Assembly: GCF_009914755.1 (NCBI RefSeq)
Contig: NC_060936.1
DNA: 64,000 nt
Source of the DNA: the human T2T-CHM13v2.0 reference genome, Homo sapiens
Strand: one strand, 5' to 3'
The position numbers and the translations under genes are program-made. Within the stretch, counting starts at the first letter, position 1, and every line of letters begins with the position of its first letter. Below are positions 14,311 through 26,830 of this stretch, in pieces. Under the pieces are notes generated by a model. That model worked only from the letters and a program-made list of their open reading frames with translations. It had not been told where the DNA came from and searched no databases.

Positions 14311-14789
14311 TTAAACCTTTTTTGGATTTGATTTGAACAAACTATAAAACAAAAAAACAAATTTCAAAAAGGAAACAATCGGAGATTTTAACAGTGACTA
14401 GATATTTGATGGTGTTAAGAAATTTTCTTCCTCCACAAACACATATGTGGGTGTGTGTGACAGAGAGAGAGAGATTGATAATGACATTGTGGTTATGTTT
14501 TTCAAATGGAATTTAACTTTTATGTATGCATACACCTACATAATATATTACATATAAATAAATATAACAAAATACAAGAATAAGAAATGCTATAATATTT
14601 AGTTTTTGCTTGAAAATTACCCGGGTGAGAAGAAGAAAAAGTGAGTGAAGATGAGTTGATAATTGCTGAAGCTCAGAGCTACCTAGGTGAGGTTCATGTA
14701 TAGTCTTTATCTACTTTTGTTTATGCTTAAGATATTCCATTATTAAAATTTTTTCAACCAGGGAAAAAAGGAAGATGGGGAGAAGAGGA

Positions 14790-14875
14790 ATCTCTACCTC
14801 TCAACTTTTCATTGGGTCTAAATCTTGCCATTAGAATCCCATTGCAAAGAAGCAGTCTTAATTTTTACTTAAAAA
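14790..14875 (+). repeat. 86-bp direct repeat, copy 1 (copy 2 at 15803-15888)
   Basis: 79/86 identity by manual ungapped alignment. Confidence 0.9.
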
Positions 14876-15028
14876 TATTCTTGCAGACCATTGCTTTATC
14901 AAGGGTAATATCTGACACAATTTTCAAATTCTGAGTTGAAAGAGAAGTTATAAAGAATCAAAGAGAAAGGATATCTGTCAAGAAAACAATATAAACCCAG
15001 AAATCAATGTAACGCATAATTTACTTAC

Positions 15029-15198
15029 GTTTTTCTGACTGATAAATTAGGTTGTAGTATATCATATGAAGAGTTATCACAGCCATAAGCATAGACATAA
15101 AAGGAATAAGTAAAACAAGGGCCCAGGCCTGTGAGTGCTGGATGTAAGATATTCCCAGAAACACAATAGTTGCATTTAGGTTCATGAGCCAATAAAAC
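15029..15198 (-). CDS. SLC15A5: SLC15A5 coding exon 3
   Basis: Acceptor CCCCAG|G completes Trp195. Reads FYWLMNLNATIVFLGISYIQHSQAWALVLLIPFMSMLMAVITLHMIYYNLIYQSEK, in a different frame from the listed ORF 15025..15234. Donor C|GTAAGT. 170 nt, phase 2 to 1. FFNW|FYW is the POT TM5 motif. Confidence 0.95.
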
Positions 15199-15447
15199 CT
15201 GGGGTATACAGACAGACAAAAATAAAAATACCATTGAATTGCTTTAGATAACTATTGCTAATTTTAATGCTTCTAATCAAATGTAAACTACCAAATGATG
15301 GCATGTTAACTGAACCCAATTTTGCAAATGTTGTTTATCAGATTTCTTAAGTATATAAACATCAGCCCTGACTTAGCAGTTTCATTATCTTTGTTTTATC
15401 CTTGTTTAGAATCGATATAGAAAGAAGGTGCTCTCTTTCATCTAAAT

Positions 15448-15560
15448 CAGAGGTTGGCAAAATTTTTCTCTAAAGGGCTGAATAGATAGTAAATATTTTA
15501 GGCTTTGCAGGCCATACAGTCTCTGTAGCACTGTGGTGCTAAAGAAGCTATAGACAACAC
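15448..15560 (+). mobile_element. MER58A-like fragment
   Basis: CAGAGGTTGGCAAAATTTTTCTCTAAAGGG...GATAGTAAATATTTTAGGCTTTGCAGGCCATA. Confidence 0.7.
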
Positions 15561-15802
15561 TTAATCATTCAAATACCCCTAATGAAACTGGAAGGATTAA
15601 AAAGTTAATCCTTCCTGTATATTCCAGTTTTCAAAGTATAGGAAAACACAAATACTCAGAAATATCTGGGTTATACTTAGAATAGCATGTAACTGAAGAA
15701 ATGAGTGACATTTGAATAAAACTTTCCATTTTTCTTCCCAATGATTAGTATCACAGAGAGGTACCTACCCCAGTAGTCTGGTTTGCAAGTTCTGGGAAAA
15801 TC

Positions 15803-15888
15803 ATCTCTACCTCTCAACCTTTCACTGGGTATAAATCTTGCCATTAGAATCCCATTGCAAAGAAGAGATCTTAACTTTTACTTAAAAA
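15803..15888 (+). repeat. 86-bp direct repeat, copy 2
   Basis: ATCTCTACCTCTCAAC...AAATCTTGCCATTAGAATCCCATTGCAAAGAAG...TTTTACTTAAAAA is shared with 14790-14875. Confidence 0.9.
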
Positions 15889-16044
15889 ATTGACGTAAAA
15901 TTAAATGCAATAAAATTTACTCATTTACATATATAACTTATATACATATTAGTTTTTTTAAGTGTTTCAGTTGTGCAAGCCTTAGTACACTTACACTATC
16001 ATTAAAATTTTAGATAAGCCTTAGTACACTTACACTATCATTAA

Positions 16045-16306
16045 AATTTAAAGGGCTTATGTGATTAGATGAGACCCACCCAGTATAATCTGGGCTCTGA
16101 TCAACTCCAGTCAACTGATGAGAAACCCCAATTATCTCTGCAAAATCATTTCACCTTTGCCATATAACATAATTAGGGGAGTGATATCCCATAATCTTTC
16201 CCATATTCTATTGGTTAGAATTGGGTTACAAGTTGTGCCTGCACTCAGGGGGATGGGTCCAAACAAGTGTGGTCCACTGGGGGTCATCCTGGGGCATGTC
16301 TGCCAC
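16045..16306. mobile_element. MaLR (MLT1-like) LTR fragment
   Basis: AAGGGCTTATGTGATTAG...CTGCAAAATC...CATATTCTATTGGTTAGAA...TCTGCCACA motifs typical of MLT1 LTRs. Confidence 0.55.
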
Positions 16307-16309
16307 ATC

Positions 16310-16583
16310 TTCTTTTTCTTTTTTTTTTTTTTTCTTTTTCTTTTCTTTCTTTCCTTTTTTTTTTTTTTTTTTTTTTTTTTTGCGACAAAGTCTTACTCTG
16401 TCACCCAGGCTGGAATGCAGTGGTGCAATCATGGCTCACTGCAGCTTTGACCTCCCAGGCTGAAGGAATCCTACTGCCTCAGCTTCTCTCAAGTAGCTGG
16501 GACCACAAGCACGCACTACCATACCTGGTAATTTTTTTTTTTATTTTTAGTAGAGATGAGGTCTCACTGTGTTGCCCAGGCTG
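16310..16583 (-). mobile_element. AluJ-like element, 5'-truncated, with a long T tract
   Basis: About 70-nt T-rich tail, then GTGCAATCATGGCTCACTGCAGC and GAGGTCTCACTGTGTTGCCCAGGCTG. Confidence 0.88.
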
Positions 16584-16593
16584 CACATCTGAT

Positions 16594-16790
16594 TCCTCTC
16601 TCCTCTCCTCTTCTCTCCCCTCCCCTTTTCTTTTTCCTTTCCTTCATTCTTTCCTTCCCTCCTTTCCTCCCTCACTCCCTCCCTCTCTTCCCTCCTTCCT
16701 TCCTTCCTTGTTCCTTCCTTCTTTCCTTCCTTCGTCCCTCCCTCCCCCAGTTCCTCCCTCCTTCCTTCCCTTATTTCCCTCTATTTCCTC
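16594..16790 (+). repeat. CT-rich polypyrimidine low-complexity tract
   Basis: Degenerate (CCTT)n/(CCCT)n. Confidence 0.9.
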
Positions 16791-17149
16791 TAAGTAAAAG
16801 GAGAAGTACAGACAACAGGTAGAACTGGCTATGGAAAGGGAATATTGAAGGTTTGAGAAGAAAGAAAATGTTTAGAAGTTGTAATCTGAAGGAGAAGGAG
16901 AGAAATTGGGCATCATATACTTGCTAGGCAATGATAAGGAACCAGTTTGGTGGTCATGAACTTAATGCGATCATAGTATAATTTTGCATTTTTCTCAGAC
17001 TTGTTGCTGTGTGAGTACAATAATGGAATATGTGGAGAGTTGAATTTTAACTAAGATTATTTCCTCCATCACACAGGAGAGTATGACAAAGTAAGCTGGG
17101 GGGATGGGGAGGGAAAAATAATTGAAGACATGGAATATTATTGCTAATT

Positions 17150-19420
17150 AATTGGAGACTAGCCTTGCTGCATACTTTCTGGTTGAGAGTGGAGGCTCAA
17201 CTCCTTGCTGTACCCAGCTGACACCACCCGGGGGGGGGGGGGTAAGTTAGAGCACTTCCAGTTTCTGCTGGGCAGGAGATCCAAGACAAGTTCCTCACTT
17301 GGCCTCAGCAACATCACCCGACTTGGGAATCAGAGTGTTCCTGTGTGATTCTCCAAGTGTTAATGTAAAATATTAAGTCTTGCTCATGTCTGCTGAAACT
17401 ATTAGGCCAGGAATATGCAGGGGAGGCAGTGTTTTTAATAGTGTTTGGCTAGAGAAGGACAGATATTGTCAAAAATATTTTCTGCTATATTAGTCTACCT
17501 TTTCCCTAATACTTTGTGTAAGGGGAGCAGGACTTTTTTTGGAGCTGCCCATTACTTGCCACACCTCGGCTCTTACCCATCTGTACCTGGTTCCAGGTTC
17601 TAGGTTTTTCCATAGCCCCACTGATAACAAAAAGAAAACCCAGGAAATTCATTATTGTCCTTCCTCAAGTTCAAAAGCCCCTAGGAAGAGACTGTCTTCT
17701 TTCCACCTTTTGGAATCTCCCTACGTTCGTTTGTTGTGTTAAGTTCGGGTTTTTTCAATGTAAGAAGTACTTGGGAGAAATAGGGCTCTTCTCATATTGG
17801 CTAATACTGGAAATCCTCTTTTTTTTTTTTATTGGGTAGTTTCTTTTCCTATCATTGATTTGTCAAAGGTCTTCATATATTTTGGATGCATGTCATCTGT
17901 CAGATACATGTTCTACAAATGTTTTCTTATAATCTGGGGTTTTCCTTTTCATTTTCTCAATGATATCTTTTGATAAGAAAAAGTTTAAAATTTTAATAAA
18001 TTTTAGTCTATCAATTTTTATCTTTATTGGTTCATACTTTTTGTGTCCCATGTAAAGAATACTTTCTAAACCTAAGTCACAAGTATTTTCCCGTTTTTTT
18101 TTTTAGATCACTTTTATGGGTTTTGATCTCATATAAAGTTAATAATCTAATTTGAATTAATTTTAGTAGAGTGTCATGGGGTAATTATTTCCTATATGGA
18201 TATTCAGTTATTACAATACCATTTATTGAGAAGATGATCTTTTCCTCAGTGATCTTTTGACACTTTTGTTGAAAATCAATTGACCATACAAATGTAGGTG
18301 TATTTTCTGACTCTCAGTTCTGTTCCACTAATCTATCCTTATGCCAATACCATACTGTCTTGGTTACTGTTACTTTCTTTTCTCTTGTTTTTTTTTTAAA
18401 GAGCTTTATTGAGATATAATTGAGATGCAGTAAACTGCATATATTTGAAGTGTGCAATTTTATGTTTTGAATATGTATGTACACACAAAATAATTACCAC
18501 ATTCAAGATAACAAACATATCCATTGCTTCTAAAGCTCAGTCACATCCCTTTGTCATCCTTCCTCTTACCCCTTCTCATTTCCCCTTCCTCATCTCCAGG
18601 AAACCACTGATCTTTTTTCTGCCACTATAAATTAGTTTGCAATTCATAGATTTAGAAAAAAGTATTAAATTATCTGTATTTTTTAATCTGGCTTCTTTCA
18701 CTTAGCATAATTATTTTGAGATTCATCCATGTTAGTATATTTATCTGTACCCATTCCTCTCTGTTGCCAAGTACTATTCCATTATGTAAATGTACCACTG
18801 TTTGTTTATGCATTTATCTGTTAATAGGCTTTTTCAGCTTATTGCTATTACAAATAACGCTGTTAAGAACATTCATATACAAGCCTTTGAACAGACATAG
18901 ACATTAATTTCTCTTGGTTAAAACCTAGGAGTGTAATGGCTGGGTGATATGATAGATGTATATTTAATATTTTAAGAAAATATCAAATAGTTTTTAAGTA
19001 GTTGTAACATTTTTACATTATCACAACATGTGTATGAGAGTTCTAATCTCTTCATATCCCTGCCAAAACTTGGTATACTACATGTGTACTGGTATATCAT
19101 TGTGGTTTTATTTTGCATTTCCCTAATGACTAATGATGTTGAGCATCTTTTCATGTGCTTATTGACCATCTGCATATCTTCTTTGGTGAAATTTCTGTCC
19201 TTATGTATTCTGGCTATAAGTCCTTTCTCAATTATGTGATTTGTAAGTATTTTCTCCCAGTCTGTGGCTTGTCTTTTCATTCTATTAAAAGTGTCTTTTG
19301 AAAAGCAGAAATTCTTAATTGTGATGAAGTCCTATTATAATTTTTTTTCATGGATCGTCCTTTTAGAATTGTTTCTCAGAAATCATTGCCTAAACTGAGG
19401 TCAGAAAACTTTTCTCCCTC
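17150..19420 (-). mobile_element. Old L1 fragments (L1M), antisense
   Basis: ORF 18972..19280 (MKRQATDWEKI...KRCSTSLVIREMQ) is the L1 ORF2 C-terminus. T-rich plus strand. Confidence 0.8.
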
Positions 19421-19979
19421 TCTTTCAGAGAAGAAATCTGAACTGGGAGAACTGAAATGACTCATCCAAATTCACACAGCTGTGTTGCTTGTAGAGCCAT
19501 GAGCAGAAGCCATCATCCTGGTACAGGGCTAATTCGGCTAAATATCCTGTTAATACTTCTTTCTGCATCTTTGCAGTTATCAATTTCATGACACTATCAT
19601 TTTCTTGTTAATGCAGCCTTTAACATTTGAAATTACCTTTCATTCCTCTCATTCCTCTCATTCCTCTCATCACATTTTATATATCAATCATTAACTGTAA
19701 ATGTTGTCCTGCCTCTTCAGACTGGTAGTCCAAAGACATGAGTTAGAGTCACAAAATCTGAAAATCACATGGTCTGTGATCTTCTACTCTCTGGAATTTT
19801 AAAAATTGTAATCACACCCTCTAAACAAGGTTTTTTGTTAAGAATTTTAATGAAGAACATTAAATGAAGAACATGGATTATAACTACATGGTGCTAAGCC
19901 AATGTCATCATCAAATGTTCATTTTTCTCCAACCCTGATTTCAGGAACAAAAATAGCAGTGAAGTTGGAACATAGTGAG

Positions 19980-22286
19980 TGATATGGTTTAGCTCTCTGT
20001 CCCCATCCAAATCTCAACTTGTAGCTCTCATAATTCCCACATGTTGTGGGAGGGACCCAATTGGAGATGATTGAATCATGGGGGCGGGTCTTTTCTGTGA
20101 TGCTCTCGTGATAGCGAATGGGTCTAACAAGATATGATGGTTTTAAAAATGGGAGTTTCTCTGCACAGCTCCCTCTTTGCCTGCTGCCATCTATATAAGA
20201 TGTGACTTGCTCCGCCTTGCCTTCTCCCATGATTGTGAGGTCTCTCCAGCCATGTGTAACTGTAAGTCCAGTTAAACCTCTTTCTTTTGTAAATTGCCCA
20301 GTCTCAGGTATGTCTTTATCAGCAGTGTGAAAGCAGAATAATACAGTAAATTGGTACCAGTAGCATGGGGCACTGCTGAAAAGATACCTACAAATGCACA
20401 AGTGACTTTGGAACTGGGTAACAGGCAGAGGATGGAACAGTTTGGAGGGCTCAGAAGACAGGAAAATGTGGGAAAGTTTGGAATGCCCTGGAGACTTGTT
20501 GAATGGCTTTGACCAAAATGCTAATAATGACATGGACAATGAAATCCAGGTTGAAGTGGTCTCAGATGGAGATGAGACACTTGGAAACTGGAACAAAGGT
20601 GACTCTTGTTATGTTTTAGCAGAGACTGGCACCATTTTGCCCCTGCCCTAGAGATTTGTGGAACTTTGAACTTGAGAGAGATGATTTAGGGCATCTGGCA
20701 GAAAAAATTTCTAAGCAGCAAAGCATTCAAGCGGTGACTTGGGTGCTGTTAAAGGCATTCAGTTTTATAAGGGAAGCAGAGCATAAAAGTTTGGAAAATT
20801 TGCAGCCTGACAATGCAATAGAAAAGAAAATCCCATTTTCTTAGGAGAAATTCAAGCCCGCTGCAGAAATTTGCATAAGTAACAAGAAACCAAATGTTAA
20901 TCCCCAAGACAATGGGGAAAATGTCTCTCCAGGGCATGTCAGAGGTCTTCATGGCAACCCCTGCCATCACAGGCCCAGAGTTCTAAGAGGCAAAAATGGT
21001 TTTGTGGGCCAGGCCTAGGGTCCCTGTGCTGTGTGTAGTCTAGGGACTTGGTGCCCTGTGTCCCAGCTGCTCCAGCCATAACTAAAAGGGGCCAAGGTAC
21101 AGCTCAGGCTGCTGTTTCAGAGGATGGAAACCCCAAGCCTTGGCAGCTTCCATGTGTTGTTGAGCCTGTGGGTGCACAGAGGTCAAGAACTGAGGTTTGG
21201 GAACCTCCACCTAGGTTTCAGAAGATGTATGGAAACACCTGGATGTCCAGGCAGAAGTTTGCTGCAGGGGCAGAGCCCTCTTGGACAACCTCTGCTGGGG
21301 CAGTGTGGAACAGAAATGTGGGATCAGAGCACCCACACAGAGTTCCTAATGGGGCATTGCCTACTGGAGCTGTGAGAAGAGAACCACTGGCCTCCAGACC
21401 CCAGAATGGTAGATCCACTGACAGCTTGCACCGTGTGCCTGGAAAAGCAGCAGACACTGGATGCCAGCCCGTGAAGGCAGCTGGGAGGGAAGCAGTACCC
21501 TGCAAAGCCACAGGGGCAGAGTTGCTGAAGGCCATGGGAACCCACCTCTTGCATTAGCATGACCTAAATGTGAGACATGGAGTCAAAGGAGATCATTTTG
21601 GAGGTTTAAGATTTGACTACCCTGCTGCATTTTGGACTTCCACTGGGCCTGTAGCCCCTTTGTTTTGGCTAATTTCTCCCATTTGGAATGGCTGTATTTA
21701 CCCAATACCTGTACCCCCATTATATCTAGGAAGTAACTAAATTGTTTTCAATTTTACAGGCTCATAGATGGAAGGGACTTGCTTTGTCTCAGATGAGACT
21801 TTGGACTGTGGACTTTTGAGTTAATGCTGAAATGAGTTGATACTTTGGGGGACTGTTGGGAAGGCATGATTGGTTTTGAAATGTGAGGATATGAGATTTG
21901 GGAGGGGCCAGAGGCAGAATGATATTGTTTGGCTCTGTGTCCCCATCCAAATTTCATCTTGTAGCTCCCATATTTTCCACATGTTGTGGGAGGGACCAGG
22001 TGGGAGATGATAGAATCATGGGGGCACATCTTTCCCATGCTGTTCTCGTGATAGTGAATAGGTCTTACAAGATCTGATGGTTTTAAAAAGGGGAGTTTCT
22101 TTGCACAAGCTCTCTCTTCGCTTGCTGCCATCTGTGTAAGACATGATTTGCTCCTCCTTGCCTTCCACCATGATTATGAGGCTTCTCCAGCCACATGGAA
22201 CTGTAAGTCAAATTAAACCTCTTTCTTTTGTAAATTTCCTAGTCTTGGTTATGTCTTTATCAGCAGCATGAAAGTGGACTAATACA
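19980..22286 (+). mobile_element. Full-length THE1 (THE1B-like) MaLR element: LTR 19980-20345, internal 20346-21919, LTR 21920-22286
   Basis: Two similar LTRs (TGATAT...AATACA), THE1 internal sequence, polypurine tract GGGAGGGGCCAGAGGCAGAA before the 3' LTR. TSD GTGAG/GTGAT (4/5). Confidence 0.93.
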
Positions 22287-22819
22287 GTGATTAAGGGATG
22301 AAATATTAGAAGAAAAGATAAACCAGGAAGTGTGGTCCAGGTCATTTAGGGCCTTGAAGTTCATGGCAAGAAGTTTGGGTTTTATTTTCAGTGCATTGGG
22401 AAGTCATTTGAAGGGAATTGAGCAGGGGTCTCATATGATCTTGTTTTCAGTGGAAAGATTATTGTGTCAGCTTCATGAATTGCAGATGCGGCAAGGTAGG
22501 GAGAAAATCACAGCTATTGTAGCAAGGTATGGAGAAAATCACAGCTATTGTAAGTCTGGATGAGACCTAAGAGCAAACTGGGCCATGGTGGTAGCAAAGA
22601 AAAGAGATAGAAGTGGATAGATATGTGATATGTGTTTGGAAAGATGTGTGAAGTTGAGCTAGTCTGCTCACTGTCCCAGAAACAGACCTACTCATGTTTG
22701 TCTCCTTAACTTGTCCTATTTCTTGGCTTGCCCTGTCTCACTTTCAAAGTCCTATATTCAGTCTCTTTTCCTTCATTAAATATTTTCTTGAATATTCTGC
22801 TTGTTCTCTCCTGTAAACT

Positions 22820-23116
22820 TTTTTGTTTTTTGAGACATTATCTCACTCTGTTGACTAGGCTGGAGTACAGTAGCATGACCTTGACTCACTGCAGCCTTGA
22901 TTTCTTGGGCTCAAGTGATCCTCTTGCCTCAGCCTCCCGAGTAGCTGGCACCACAGGTGCACACCACCATGCCTAGCTAATTTTTTTTTGTATTTTTTGT
23001 AGAGATGGGGTTTTGCCATTTTGCCCGGGCTGGTCTTGAACTCCTGAGCTCAAGCAATCCACCGGCTTTGGCCTCCCAAAGTGCTGGGACTAGAAACATG
23101 AGCCACTACACCCAGC
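22820..23116 (-). mobile_element. AluJ
   Basis: Reverse-complement dimer with J-type GGCTCAAGTGATCCTC and CTCAAGCAATCC. Confidence 0.9.
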
Positions 23117-25068
23117 TTCTTCTCTGAACTTCTAAAGAAAATACTCTTTCTTCAATTATTTCATTTTTGTCAGTTTTGCTTTTCATTTATAGATTGTGAA
23201 GCTCCTTGATGATAAGATTTTATTCTTTATTTCTTTATCTCCATGAGACCTAGCACAGTACTAGGTTCAAAATAAATGGAGATTAAATAACAGATTAATA
23301 ATATGGCATCTCATAAAAATCAATTAATCAAACAAACACAACGTAAAAAAACTAAAACCTCTCAATAATTGGCCTAGAAAGTGATAGAACATGGAACGTG
23401 ACCACATTGAGCAAACTGATTTACTGTGATCCACTAAATGTATTTATCATAAGGTAGGTGAGGTACAAAAAGTTATAATTTTCTAGGACAACTGGGTGGA
23501 GTCCCTAGGCTAAGCCACAGGTTGTCCTTTCTTGCTGCTGCAAGCTGTACACTTGACTTGTGGCTGTAGCAACACAGAGAATCTGGAGCCAAAAGCACTG
23601 TTACAGTGCTTTCAGTCTTTAGGAAACTCTTTTTAAAAAGTTAAGCATTGTTGAGAAAATCTCAGGGAACACCGTGTGACTCTTCAGTATACCACATGGT
23701 GATGTAAACTGCATTGCTCTAAAGAGGGTCAAGGAAAATTACAACTATTCCAAGACTTAAATCTTGTGAAATGTAGTTAGAAACCAAAAATTATAGTACT
23801 GAATATGTATGTCTAGGAAGAGATTTTACATGAAGTACTAAATGTATTTTAACAAATGCCACCCAACATATTTGATTGTGTAATTTTCTGAAAGAATTAC
23901 CTAGTACAGTCATGTTTTATATATGTCTTTGTTGATCCATGGACAGGACAAGCCACAGATAATTAAGGATGAAATTGTATATGTATCATCTATAAAAAAA
24001 AGAAATAAAAACCCACAGTCTTCAAACTTACCATTAAGACTCCTTTCATCTCATAGCTCACTAGCAAATTGAATTTATAAAGCACCTCTCACACAAAAAG
24101 TCAGAGAGCAAAGCACTAAAGCAAAACAAATACCAGTGATTAAGGAAAATTGAAAGCAGCAGTAAAAATATGTTTCTTTAGCCTACTTTTAAATACAGAC
24201 TGAGAACTGCAAATAATTGGGAGTATATATAAGTGGTAATTTTTTTGTCTTCATGATTGCATGGTATTGAATACAAATGAGAAAAATTGTTGCTGCAAAA
24301 CTCAGCAATCCTTATGAGATTATTTTAAACATTCACTTAATTAATTTAGTAATAAATTTAAATTACTCAAATATTTTGTCATTTCTTAGACTGGCCAGTT
24401 TTGATGTGCTTCGTGTTTACTTTTGGTGATTTGAAGAGAAATTATTTAAATGGTCTTTCCTAATCTGAGACAGTATCAAAGAAAGAAGGCAAATTTTCTA
24501 TAAGTTTCAGGTCTTCATAGCATTAGTGTACCATTTAAATATTCCAGAGAAAGTATTTTATTCGACATTGATCAATGTTCAGATAATTTTCCAGGGGATT
24601 TGTGACTCTTCAGTGGGATAAAACTGAACTGTTTAGAGGAGTCAGTGAAATAAAATACTTGGGCACCGATTTCATGGTGGATGGCTGTTGTCAATCATTG
24701 CTTCTTTTAGCATAACCATTGGCCACTGAAGTACTTCAAAGAATATTCTGGCAGCCAAATATTTGGAGAAAGAAGGGGAAAATAGAAACTTTAGAGTTCC
24801 TTTTTATCTGTAAATACATATTTTTTTTTCCAGCAGAGCTGTTAAAGACAATTTAATAAAATATTGATTTTGGTAACTAGACATTAGGATTGAAGAAGTT
24901 AAGTTTTTAATTTAAAAATTTGGGGGACTGCTTTACTCTCTCTCCCAAGCTCTCCCTACCTCTCTTACTCTTTAACCTGTTTCATTCCCTTTCTGTCCTT
25001 TCCCATTCCCTCTCCCTCCTTTCCCATTCCCTCATTCTTTTGCCAACAACCCCCGCCCACCCCCCACC

Positions 25069-25368
25069 TTTTTTTTTTTTTTTTTTTTTGAGATAGGGTC
25101 TCACTCTGTCACCCAGACTAGACTGGTGCAGGGTGTTCACAGCTCACTGTAATCTCAGCCTCCTGAGCTCAAGCGATTCTTCCGCTTCAGCCTCTCAAGT
25201 ACATGTGACTACAGGTTCACCCCACCATGCCTGGGTAATTAAAAAAAAAATGTTTTTTTGGTAGAGATGGGGTTACTCAGGCTTGTCTCGAACCCCTGGC
25301 CTTGAGTGATCCTCCTGCCTAGGCCTCCCAGAGCCCAGGGATTCAGGTGTGAGTCACTGTGCCTGGCC
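25069..25368 (-). mobile_element. AluJ
   Basis: Poly-T followed by a reverse-complement, diverged Alu dimer. Confidence 0.9.
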
Positions 25369-25430
25369 AACACCCAAATTTTAACAGTTGTCCTGACTCA
25401 TGTACCTTTCAAGCTTAAAAGAGAACATGC

Positions 25431-25667
25431 GCCCGGCTCTGTGGCTCATGCCTGTAATCCTGGCACTTTGGAGGCCAACGTGGGCAGATTGCCTGAGCTC
25501 AGGGATTTGAGACCAGCCTGGGCAACATGGTGAAACCCCATCTCTACTAAAATGCAAAAAAATTAGCTGGCGTGGTGGTATGAACCTGTAGTCCCAGCTA
25601 CTTGGGAGGCTGAGGCAGGAGAATTGCTTGAACCCGGGAGACGGAGGTTGCAGTGAGCTCAGATCGC
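25431..25667 (+). mobile_element. AluS-like element lacking its 3' end and poly-A tail
   Basis: Sense Alu that ends abruptly at CAGTGAGCTCAGATCGC. Confidence 0.88.
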
Positions 25668-26152
25668 AAAGGTAAAGAAGGAAGTGCTTGTTGTTATTAG
25701 GGTGAGAGGGTAGCATTTGTTAAACTTGGCTAGAGCCAGTGCAAATAGAATTTGGGAAGGTCTGGTGATTTTTTCATAGCTATTTACAAGCTACTACTCC
25801 TCAGCATGCAACTCAAAGGACATTTTGAGTATTAATAAGGTTATTTCATGAACTGCTTTGATTTTGTTGGCTGAAATGTACCTTATAAATTATGATTTTA
25901 CGATTGAAGAGTATATGTAGATTTATATTTTTTTCTCTTTCTTTTCAGAATTATGTTGAATTTCTCAATCAGGCAGATTTCTAAATGTGAGATAATTGCT
26001 ATAAAATTGTCAGAAAGTTCCAAAGCAGTCTGAAACACAGTAGTGGGTTCAATCAATGATTAGTTTCATTTCTTTTCAAAGGCATCACTAGATTTTCCTT
26101 ATGGCTCTGGAGTTGTTTTCAAACTTTGTTCTTCTGAATCACCTGAAGTACT

Positions 26153-26526
26153 TGATATGGTAGGAATATTTCTGTCCCCTCAAATTTCATATGTTGAAAT
26201 CTTAACTTGGTATTAGGTGTTATACCTCCTATAACAATGGTATTAGGGAGTGGTGTATTTGGGAGGTGGGGCTTTTGCTCACAGGGGTGGAGCCCTTCTG
26301 AATGGGATTAGTTCCTTTATAAAAGAGACCTCCGAGAGCTCCTTTGCCCCTTCCACTATGTGAAGACACAGTGAGAAGCCAGCAGTCTTACAGCCAGGAA
26401 GAGAACCCTCACCAGAACCCTGATCTCAGAATTCTGGCCTCCAGAGCTGTGAAAAATAAATTTCTACTATTTATAAGCCAGCCAATCTCTGCTGATTTGT
26501 TATTGCAGCCTGAATAGACTAAGACA
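26153..26526 (+). mobile_element. MaLR solo LTR (MST/MLT1A-like) inserted into a MER5-like element
   Basis: TGATATGG...GACTAAGACA termini. Perfect 5-bp TSD GTACT at 26148-26152 and 26527-26531. Confidence 0.85.
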
Positions 26527-26659
26527 GTACTTGTTTAAAATATGCATTTCCCACCTGTCCTCCCAGAAAATTCTGATCCAGGAGGTTCGAGGTGGGACCT
26601 GGGAAACATTTTCAACAAGGTTCTCAAGTGATAATTAAAATGAGCAACACTGCGTTGGA

Positions 26660-26830
26660 ACAGTGGTTCTCAACTCTAACTGGGCAGCTTTAAAAAATCC
26701 TGGTCCCTGGATCCTACCTCTAACCAATGTAATCAGAATCTTTGGTGGCAGGACCCAGGCATTTGTACTTTTTAAAAAAGAATCCTCAGGTGGCTTTAAT
26801 ATGCACCTAGGATTGACAATCATTGTTCTC
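26660..26830. mobile_element. MER5A-like hAT MITE
   Basis: CAGTGGTTCTCAAC start; AATCAGAATCT..GG..GGACCCAGGCAT..TTTAA core. Confidence 0.65.

Noticed and set aside
15025-15234. Listed 69-aa ORF over exon 3
   Set aside because: Wrong frame. Splice phase and the FFNWFYW motif define the other frame.
16118-16822. Phe-, Lys- and Pro-rich ORFs up to 176 aa
   Set aside because: Translations of the Alu poly-T tract and the CT-rich low-complexity tract.
17230-17242. G13 homopolymer as a functional G-quadruplex
   Set aside because: An isolated run inside an old repeat with no other support. Homopolymer length is also error-prone.
19919-22131. Long ORFs (225 aa at 19919..20596, 169 aa at 21048..21557, 125 aa at 21754..22131)
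   Set aside because: They lie essentially within the THE1 LTR or internal sequence, have no recognisable gag/pol domain, and are typical MaLR-derived open frames.
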